Origin: Chloroflexota bacterium
GTDB taxonomy: Bacteria; Chloroflexota; Anaerolineae; Caldilineales; Caldilineaceae
Direction of reading: 5' to 3'
Length of the DNA stretch: 63,562 nucleotides
NCBI GenBank assembly: GCA_030058085.1
Contig: JASGTU010000035.1
Location: forward strand, 1 to 63,562
Shown here: in pieces, positions 9,605 to 16,642 of the stretch
Position numbering within the stretch: the first letter of the stretch is position 1
How the letters are laid out: every line of letters starts with the position of its first letter
The notes under the pieces: model-generated
What the model saw: the letters and a program-made list of their open reading frames with translations, nothing else
Database searches by the model: none
Told to the model about the DNA's origin: nothing
Translations under genes and position numbers: made by a program

Positions 9605-11458
9605 GTGAATGTCGAGCTGCAATCCAAAATTAGGGAACTGCGTTTGGAAGAAGGACAGAATCTGGTCGGCAACCCGTATATCGTCGGCCGTTGGGTGCGG
9701 GGTGCGGATCACTACGACCGTAAAAGCCTCATCGAGTACTTGCTCGACGCCCAGGACACCGCTTTTTGGGTAGTCGGCACGCGGCGCATGGGCAAGACAT
9801 CGCTCCTGCGCCAGTTGGAATACCTTACCGACGACGAAAAGTCCCCTTACGTACCGCTGTTCTGGGACTTGCAGGGGTGCAGCACGCCGCAGGACCTTTC
9901 CGGCGAGCTATACCTGGCGATTGAGGACGTGGCGGAGCGTTTTGCGCGCCTGGACGTGGACACAACGTGTCTGCGAGACGATGACGCCGCCAATATTCTG
10001 CGCCGGCTGGGGCGCGAGACCATGCGCCACGGTCGCGAGCTGCTTCTGCTCGTGGACGAGGCCGAGGTGCTGATCGAGATTGGGCAGACGGAATCGGCCT
10101 GGTTGGCGCGCCTGCGCAAGGCGATGCAGGAAGGCAACCTGCGCGCCGTCATCGCCTCCACGCGGCTGTTGACGCAGCTCACCGACCAGAGCGGAAGCTG
10201 GATGACCAGCCCCTTCTTGTTCGGCTTCCACATGGTCAATTTGTGGACGCTGCACCGCGAGGGGGCGAAGGCGCTGGTGCGCCAAGCCCAGTCAGCGCAG
10301 CCCGTGCAGGCGGATGAGGCGTTAGTCGAGGAGATCTTGGACTACACCAACAGCCACCCCTACCTGGTGCAGTATCTGTGCCAGCGGCTGTTTGCGCCCG
10401 ACGCGAAAGACGGGCGTCTGCGGGCTGTCCAGGAAGACGACCTGGAAGTGGACCAGATGCTGGCGAGCTTTTTCCGGCTGGACTTCCACCGCTTGAGCGT
10501 GACCGAACGCCGTATTTTGCTGGCGGTCGCCGAGGCGGGCGCGCTGGACGAGGACGGTATCCGCGCTCGATTGGCGGACTGTGCGGACGTGCGCCTGATC
10601 TCGCTGCTCCATGCGCTGGAGGAACTGGGTCATCTGCGTCGTTGCGACGAGGGATGGGCCGCGGGCAGCGAGTTCTTGCTGCGTTGGCTGCAGGACAACA
10701 GCCGTCAGCTAGCCGAGGAGCTGCGCAATGAGGATACACCGGCGGCGGGCGGCAACGACGGCGCAGCGGACATGGAGGCGCTGGCGCGTACGCTGGGCAT
10801 CTCCCCGGAGCGCATCCAGGCGTTGGCCGGTCAGCGCATCACGTCCGACGGCGAGTTTTTCGAGGCGATCAAGCGCTTCTTCTACGAGATCCGCTACCTG
10901 GTCGAGCAGGACGACGGCCATAAACTGCTGGTCACGACGACGGCAGACGGCGCGCCGGTCCTGCGCAGCGAAGAGGACGTGCAAATCGCGCTGAAGCATT
11001 GGCTGCGACCCATGTGCCGCGCACTAAACATCCACATGGACCGCGAGGCGTTGACCGGGCGCGGCTTTCTCGACTTCAAGTTTTCCATCGGGCACGACTT
11101 CCGCTGTCTGGCCGAGGTGAAGCTGTTCCACAGCGCTCGGCTCGAAGACGGCATCGGCATTCAGTTGCCCACCTATATGATCGCGGATCGCGCCAGGTAC
11201 GGCATCTACGTGCCGATCTTCCTGGATCCGTCGGGCTACCTCGAAGCGGTCGCCAAGCTGGAGCAACTGGCGGGCGAGCGCGCGCAGAGTCACGGCGTCG
11301 AGATCGGCGTGGTCGACATACGCGCCTGGAAACCGGCGCCTGCATCTAGGGCCGGCGAGATCGAAGAGCGCAACCGCTACTACCCGGATGGCCTGGCAGT
11401 GCGCCGGTCAACAGAGACGGCAGGGCATGGCGAACCGGAACAAGAGAAGGAGGCCTAA
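9605..11458 (+). CDS. AAA+ (ATPase_2/COG1672-like, STAND-like) ATPase with a winged-helix region and a C-terminal RecB-like PD-(D/E)xK nuclease domain
   Basis: GTG start. Walker A GTRRMGKTS and Walker B LLLLVDEAE. wHTH-like segment ERRILLAVAEAG...LEELGHL. C-terminal motifs GFLDFKF ... AEVKL ... QLPTY correspond to D, ExK and QxxxY. Confidence 0.75.
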   Translation: MNVELQSKIRELRLEEGQNLVGNPYIVGRWVRGADHYDRKSLIEYLLDAQDTAFWVVGTRRMGKTSLLRQLEYLTDDEKSPYVPLFWDLQGCSTPQDLSGELYLAIEDVAERFARLDVDTTCLRDDDAANILRRLGRETMRHGRELLLLVDEAEVLIEIGQTESAWLARLRKAMQEGNLRAVIASTRLLTQLTDQSGSWMTSPFLFGFHMVNLWTLHREGAKALVRQAQSAQPVQADEALVEEILDYTNSHPYLVQYLCQRLFAPDAKDGRLRAVQEDDLEVDQMLASFFRLDFHRLSVTERRILLAVAEAGALDEDGIRARLADCADVRLISLLHALEELGHLRRCDEGWAAGSEFLLRWLQDNSRQLAEELRNEDTPAAGGNDGAADMEALARTLGISPERIQALAGQRITSDGEFFEAIKRFFYEIRYLVEQDDGHKLLVTTTADGAPVLRSEEDVQIALKHWLRPMCRALNIHMDREALTGRGFLDFKFSIGHDFRCLAEVKLFHSARLEDGIGIQLPTYMIADRARYGIYVPIFLDPSGYLEAVAKLEQLAGERAQSHGVEIGVVDIRAWKPAPASRAGEIEERNRYYPDGLAVRRSTETAGHGEPEQEKEA

Positions 11459-11461
11459 GGC

Positions 11462-12925
11462 ATGACGACCCCACGGCTGACCAAGACCAAATATCTCAGC
11501 GGGCGACAGTGCCTCAAGCGCCTGTGGTACGAAATATGGCGACCGCACCAGGTGTCGCCGCCTACCCTGAGCCAGCGCAGGATCATGGACCAGGGCACGG
11601 ACGTGGGTGAGCTGGCGCGGGAGCGCTTCCCCGGCGGCGTGCTGATCAGTTCGTTCCGGCGCAAGTCGTTGGACGAGACCGATGAGGCGCTGCGCAACGG
11701 CGCGACGTGTCTGTTCGAGCCGGCCTTCCTCTACGACGACATCCTCGTGCGCTGCGACATTCTGCACAAGCGCGACGACGGCGCCTGGGATATCATCGAG
11801 GTCAAGTCCTCGACCCAGGTCAAGCCCTATCACGTCGAAGACCTGTCCGTCCAGCGGTACGTACTGGAGGGCAGCGGCATGCGCATCGGCGCGGTCAAGC
11901 TGATGCACATCAACAGCCGCGAATGCGTCTATCCCGACCTGAGCAACCTCTTCGCCATCGAGGATGTAACGGACAAAGTCGACGCGGCCGCGGCGCAGTT
12001 GGGCGACAACCTCAAGGCCATGCGCGACGCGTTGCGCCGCAAACAGGAACCGGCCATCTTCATTGGGACGCGCTGCGATAAGCCCTTTCCCTGCCCGCTC
12101 AAGCGGCTGTGCTGGCGGCATGTGCCGCGTGAGTCTATCTTCACCATCCCGCGGCTGAGCGATGACAAGATCGATGATCTGGCGGCGCGCAACATCTTGC
12201 ATGTCTGCGACGTGCCCGCAGACTTCCCCCTTACGCCGGCTCAGCGGGACTATGTGGAGATGCAGCGCGGGGGCCAGCCGGTCATCCGCCTGGAAGGCAT
12301 CCGCCATCTGCTGGCGAAGTTGGAACGGCCAATCCACTTCCTCGACTTCGAGACCCTGGCTTATGCGGTGCCGTGTTTCGACGGCATGCGCCCCTATCAG
12401 GCGATGCCGTTCCAGTTTAGCTGCCATGTGTTGCACCGCAACGGGCGGCTGGGGCACCGTGAGTATCTGCACGAGGACGAGAGCGACCCGCGGCCCGCGG
12501 TGGCGCGCGCCCTGGTCAAGCACGTCGGGATGACGGGCTCGGTGGTGGCCTACAATGCCGGTTTCGAGCGCAGGGTGCTGACCGACCTGGCGGAAGCCGT
12601 GCCGGCGTATGCCGCCGAGCTGCACTCGATTGCGGCGCGGCTGTGGGATCAGCGTGACGTGTTCCGCCTCTTTTATGACCACCCCGCCTTCCTCGGTTCC
12701 ACTTCTATCAAGAACGTGCTGCCTGTGGTCGTGCCCGGCTTGTCCTATGCGGACTTGGCAATCCAGCACGGCGACGACGCTCAGTCGGTCTGGACAGAGA
12801 TGATTGCCTGCCAGGATGAGACGGCTAAAGCCAAGCTTGCCGCCGACCTGCGCGACTACTGCCAGTTGGATACCTACGCCATGGTCGAGATCCAGCGCGC
12901 GCTGGAGAAGCTGACGGCTAGCTGA
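11462..12925 (+). CDS. DUF2779-type protein: N-terminal Cas4/RecB-like PD-(D/E)xK nuclease with a 4-Cys cluster, plus a C-terminal DEDDy-like 3'-5' exonuclease fold
   Basis: Nuclease motifs CDILHK ... IIEVKSS ... QRYVL. Cysteines at GRQC and CDKPFPCPLKRLC. C-terminal FLDFET, YNAGFERR and YCQLD motifs. AAGGAGG RBS lies inside the end of the upstream gene, with a 3-nt gap. Confidence 0.75.
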   Translation: MTTPRLTKTKYLSGRQCLKRLWYEIWRPHQVSPPTLSQRRIMDQGTDVGELARERFPGGVLISSFRRKSLDETDEALRNGATCLFEPAFLYDDILVRCDILHKRDDGAWDIIEVKSSTQVKPYHVEDLSVQRYVLEGSGMRIGAVKLMHINSRECVYPDLSNLFAIEDVTDKVDAAAAQLGDNLKAMRDALRRKQEPAIFIGTRCDKPFPCPLKRLCWRHVPRESIFTIPRLSDDKIDDLAARNILHVCDVPADFPLTPAQRDYVEMQRGGQPVIRLEGIRHLLAKLERPIHFLDFETLAYAVPCFDGMRPYQAMPFQFSCHVLHRNGRLGHREYLHEDESDPRPAVARALVKHVGMTGSVVAYNAGFERRVLTDLAEAVPAYAAELHSIAARLWDQRDVFRLFYDHPAFLGSTSIKNVLPVVVPGLSYADLAIQHGDDAQSVWTEMIACQDETAKAKLAADLRDYCQLDTYAMVEIQRALEKLTAS

Positions 12926-12993
12926 ACCCGGCGACAAGCCTTTCCCCCGCCTTCATCGTGATTGTTCTTTCCCATCTGTGATGAAAGCTCTCT

Positions 12994-14772
12994 ATGCGTA
13001 TACGAGAAGTGCGTATTTCCGGTTTTCGTTCCATCCCGTTCTGCGCCGATATCGAGACGCCCGACGGCGCCGGCGTGCGGACGGCCAAGGCGGTGCGCAT
13101 ACAGTGGCGCCGCGACGCGTTTCGCTTTCAACTGCCTACGAGACGCAGCGGCGGACGCTCCATGTTGAGCGCCATCATCGGGGCTAACAGCGCGGGCAAG
13201 TCCACCATATTGCTGGCGCTGGACATGGCCTTCGGCAACACGGCCAAGCTGGACGAGGCAATGTTCAACGGCAAGCAGACGGACGAGCCGGTGATCGTGG
13301 AGGTGACGGTGCAGGGCGAGATCGAGCGCCCTAGCCAGTGGCACGCCGAAAACTGCACGCTCAACGGCAAGACGTATGCGCTGACCGTCGCTGCGGTGTG
13401 GACAGCGGCAGGCCGTACGCGCTTCATCCGTCGCGGCGACGGCCTCTATGCCAAACAGACGGCGCGTGACCGCGAACAGCTCGCCGTACTGCTGCCCGAA
13501 TTCCGTATTATCTGGGCGGATAGCCGTCTCAACGACGAGGCAAACCTTGAGAAGAAGAACCTGATCAGCGACTTGATCGACGCCCTGCTGGAGCAAGGAC
13601 AGGCGCAAGAGCTGTCGATCGTCCATCGTATCGACGGGCTGATGCGCGAGTTGCAGGCGCTGGTCGGTCGCGACAACCCGGCGGAGCCGCACTTGTGGCA
13701 GCCGGTCGAGGAGCTGGAGGCAAGCCTGTCGCGTGGCCTGGTGTCGATCACGCCGCAGCGCAGTCGCGTGCGCCTCAATTTGGACCAGAATATCCCGTCG
13801 CTGCGCAGTATCTTCACCCGGGGCGTCATGTCGATCGACAACGGCGTGGAGTTGGCCTTTGACCAGCACGGCCTAGGCTTGCAGCGCTCGTTCGTGGTGT
13901 CGACGCTGCGCACTTGGTGCGATCTGATCCGCGATGCACAGAAGGATTATGTCTTCGCCATCGAGGAGCCGGAGATCTATCTGCATCCCCATGCCACGCG
14001 TGTGCTGCTGAACACGCTGGAGGAGTTGGGGCGGCATGACCAGGTGATCTTCACGACGCACTCCAGCGAGTTCGTCAACCGGGCGCCGCTGGGCAACGTG
14101 CTGACCGTGCAGCGCTGCGACTGCGACAACCGCGTCGCCAGCCGCGTCACGCGGCCGAGTTTGGGCGGCCTGCGCGCCGACGACCTCGCCAAGGTGCAGC
14201 GTTATCTGCAGGAGGACCGCAGCGACATGCTCTTTGCGCGGGCGGCGCTGCTGGTGGAGGGACAAGCTGAGTTGTTCGCCCTGCCCAACTTCGCGCGCAC
14301 GTTGGGGCTGGACCTGGACGGCAATGGGGTGTCGGTGGTCTTTGTAAACGGGCTGGGCAACTTCTACACGTATCACCACATCCTGCGCGCCTTCAACATC
14401 CCCCACGTGATCCTGGTCGACGGCGACGGCAAGCCGCGCGAGCGTCTGCAGGAATACCGCGAGGCGGCGGATGCGGTCTACGTGCTGCCGCAGGATTTCG
14501 AGCAGGCCTTGGCGGATGCGCTCTCGCGCGAGCGGCTGCTCGAGTTGATGAACGAGTGCCTGCGGCGCAGGGGCAAGCCGGAGCGAGCGACCGCGCCGGT
14601 GGGCAAGCGAGCCGCGTCCGAATTGGCCGCGCTGGGCAAGCCGCTGGTGGGTCGCGTGGCGGGCGATATGCTGACGCGCGCCGAGGTGGAGCAAATGGCC
14701 GAGATCGTGGGCGCGCTGACCGAAACCGCGAAGGCCGCAGCGCTAGGCACAGTGGGGAACACGGATCGTTAA
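12994..14772 (+). CDS. OLD-family nuclease (ABC-type ATPase plus C-terminal TOPRIM)
   Basis: N-terminus MRIREVRISGFRSI. Walker A GANSAGKST. Walker B/D-loop FAIEEPEIYLHP. TOPRIM motifs LLVEGQAE and VILVDGDG. Confidence 0.85.
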   Translation: MRIREVRISGFRSIPFCADIETPDGAGVRTAKAVRIQWRRDAFRFQLPTRRSGGRSMLSAIIGANSAGKSTILLALDMAFGNTAKLDEAMFNGKQTDEPVIVEVTVQGEIERPSQWHAENCTLNGKTYALTVAAVWTAAGRTRFIRRGDGLYAKQTARDREQLAVLLPEFRIIWADSRLNDEANLEKKNLISDLIDALLEQGQAQELSIVHRIDGLMRELQALVGRDNPAEPHLWQPVEELEASLSRGLVSITPQRSRVRLNLDQNIPSLRSIFTRGVMSIDNGVELAFDQHGLGLQRSFVVSTLRTWCDLIRDAQKDYVFAIEEPEIYLHPHATRVLLNTLEELGRHDQVIFTTHSSEFVNRAPLGNVLTVQRCDCDNRVASRVTRPSLGGLRADDLAKVQRYLQEDRSDMLFARAALLVEGQAELFALPNFARTLGLDLDGNGVSVVFVNGLGNFYTYHHILRAFNIPHVILVDGDGKPRERLQEYREAADAVYVLPQDFEQALADALSRERLLELMNECLRRRGKPERATAPVGKRAASELAALGKPLVGRVAGDMLTRAEVEQMAEIVGALTETAKAAALGTVGNTDR

Positions 14773-14896
14773 TTGAATCCTAACAAGGCCAACACGCTGT
14801 ATTAACGCGTCCGGCCTATTATGGGCCTAAGCGAATCAGGAAGGACGACCCACAAGGGAGCGGGCCGGATGGTTTGCCCGCACAGACTGTAACACG

Positions 14897-14937
14897 GAGA
14901 GGCCGCATGGCATAGGAAGATTGCTGTGCGGCCTCTC
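14897..14937. terminator. Strong hairpin between convergent genes (OLD on +, CYTH-CHAD on -); a possible terminator
   Basis: Perfect 11-bp stem GAGAGGCCGCA/TGCGGCCTCTC with a 19-nt loop. Only a weak T tract (TGTTTCC) follows on the + strand. Confidence 0.4.
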
Positions 14938-14961
14938 TGTTTCCTTGTCCGGCTGCCAGGC

Positions 14962-16605
14962 CTAGATATGCGCCAGCGCTTCGCCAAGCAGACGCCGGTT
15001 GTCGTGCGCCACGAACGTTCGGTACGCCGCGGGGAACTCGGCCTGAAGGCGCGTGGCCGTGTCGGAGAGGTCCTGCAGACGAGCGCGGATGAGCTTCTCG
15101 TCCAGCCCGTCCTTTTGCCAGGCGAGCAGGCGGCCTCGCTCGACGAAGGTGTCGTTGAATGCGCCGAGGTGATCTTGCATGCGCTTAAGTTGGTCGACCA
15201 GCGCCTCTCCCTCCTTGCCCAGGAGGTGGCGGCTGAACTCCAGGCTGTAGCGCAGGTACTTGCACTCGATGCGCAGGGCGTGCATCTGCTCTGCCGGCGC
15301 TTCGCTCTCCGTTTCGACGAGCGGTTCGTAGGCGCGCACACGGGCGAAGCGCGCCATGATCACGCCGGGCATGACGTGGCGCACCTGCAAAGGCGCCGGC
15401 GCGGCCAGCTTCGCCACAGACCGTTTGACGCCCTTGCCGGGCGAGCGCGTGAACTTGATGAAGGCGGTAAGGGTTGCCGCATGTTGCGGCCCGTCCAGCC
15501 ATTCCAACAGCGCCTGGCGCGCGGCGGCGCGGCGCGCCTGTACGAATTCCTCCAGTTTGCACACGTCGGCTTGTTCCGCTTCGGGCAGGCCGGCGCGGAA
15601 TTCGCCCAGGTTTTCCAGCGCCACATCCAGATCGCGCACGGCGCCGAGTCGCCTGCCCAGACGTCGCAGGTCGGCGAAGGCCGGTTCGATGGCGGAACGC
15701 CGGAAATAGTGGCCGAACAACTCTTGAGCGGTGCGCGCCCTGCGGATGGCGACGCGCATCTCGTGGACGTACTCCGGGTCGTCGCCGATGCGGGCGCCGT
15801 ACTCCTGCAGAACGACCTGCATGATTTGTCGCCGCCAGATCAGACGGCAGGCTTCGGCCATGTGCATGGCGGGCTGGATGTCCGGATTGGCGACGTCTGC
15901 GCCGGGCGCCATCTCCGAGATCGCTTCCAGGGCGGCTTCCAGTTTGGAGGCGGAGCGACGCCGCAGGCCGGCGCGCTTGCCGAGCCGGTCTGCGAGCCTC
16001 TCTAGCTTGGCGACGTCTCCGTCCGGCAGCAATTCCAGTTCCAACTCGCGGAAGCGCGCGGCGGGGGGAGAGCCGTCGGCGTTGGCGCCGCGTTCATAGA
16101 CGCGCACGTCGTCCAAGCTCAATTCGGCCAAGGGCGCGTTTTGCTTGGTGGCTTTGCGTTTGCCTGCGGCTTGTTGCACGAGCCGTTGGAGCCGCGTTTG
16201 GCGCAAGGTGACGACCGGGCGCAACTTCCGACTGTCCGGGTTATGCGCGGCGACAAGGCCGCTTAGATCGGCGGAGCAGTGCGCCAGATAGGGCGGCTTG
16301 CCCGTCGCAGCGTCTACCGATTCCTCGCGCTCGATGCGGTCGTAGAGCGATGTGTTGCGGCGCGCTTCCAGGCTTTTGGCCGTGACGAGTAGGCGTTCGC
16401 CTGACCGGCGTGTGCGCAACGCCAGGCCGCGACGGATCAGGTCGAAGGAAGGCGTATCAAAGTAAACGTCGACGGTCTCGGCCGTGTGCGGCGACAGGAG
16501 TTGATAGCCGGGGGCGAGCGTTGCGCTGACGGCAAAGCGGTCGACGGTTTTCTGGTTGAGAATGGCGAATTTCGCTTCAGTCTCGTGCGGGTCTGGTAGG
16601 GGCAT
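14962..16605 (-). CDS. CYTH (triphosphate tunnel metalloenzyme) plus CHAD domain protein
   Basis: N-terminal ExExK motif (ETEAKF). CHAD-type helical region (HEMRVAIRRARTA, LGAVRDLDV). The Met at 16605 avoids overlap with the upstream kinase. Confidence 0.8.
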   Translation of the reverse strand: MPLPDPHETEAKFAILNQKTVDRFAVSATLAPGYQLLSPHTAETVDVYFDTPSFDLIRRGLALRTRRSGERLLVTAKSLEARRNTSLYDRIEREESVDAATGKPPYLAHCSADLSGLVAAHNPDSRKLRPVVTLRQTRLQRLVQQAAGKRKATKQNAPLAELSLDDVRVYERGANADGSPPAARFRELELELLPDGDVAKLERLADRLGKRAGLRRRSASKLEAALEAISEMAPGADVANPDIQPAMHMAEACRLIWRRQIMQVVLQEYGARIGDDPEYVHEMRVAIRRARTAQELFGHYFRRSAIEPAFADLRRLGRRLGAVRDLDVALENLGEFRAGLPEAEQADVCKLEEFVQARRAAARQALLEWLDGPQHAATLTAFIKFTRSPGKGVKRSVAKLAAPAPLQVRHVMPGVIMARFARVRAYEPLVETESEAPAEQMHALRIECKYLRYSLEFSRHLLGKEGEALVDQLKRMQDHLGAFNDTFVERGRLLAWQKDGLDEKLIRARLQDLSDTATRLQAEFPAAYRTFVAHDNRRLLGEALAHI

Positions 16606-16642
16606 GGCGATTGGCCTCGATGCGCGCCGGGATAACCAAGCG

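Noticed and set aside
11462-12925. Calling the Cas4-like gene a bona fide cas4, or linking the cassette to the CRISPR array
   Set aside because: It lies 11 kb from the array, separated by the whole Pho regulon. No cas1, cas2 or effector genes are present, and the C-terminal DUF2779 exonuclease fold is not a Cas4 feature.
11408-12937. 509-aa antisense ORF opposite the DUF2779 gene. Similar long antisense ORFs include 4185..5426(-), 5278..6249(+), 7673..8560(-), 14926..16005(+), 17765..18679(+), 54791..55900(+) and 57444..58349(+).
   Set aside because: These are Arg/Ala/Gly/Pro-rich, low-complexity translations lying opposite genes with unmistakable conserved motifs. They are typical stop-codon-poor artefacts of high-GC DNA.
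12994-14772. Calling the OLD gene Gabija (GajA)
   Set aside because: No UvrD/Rep-like helicase (GajB) is adjacent on either side, so canonical Gabija is not supported.
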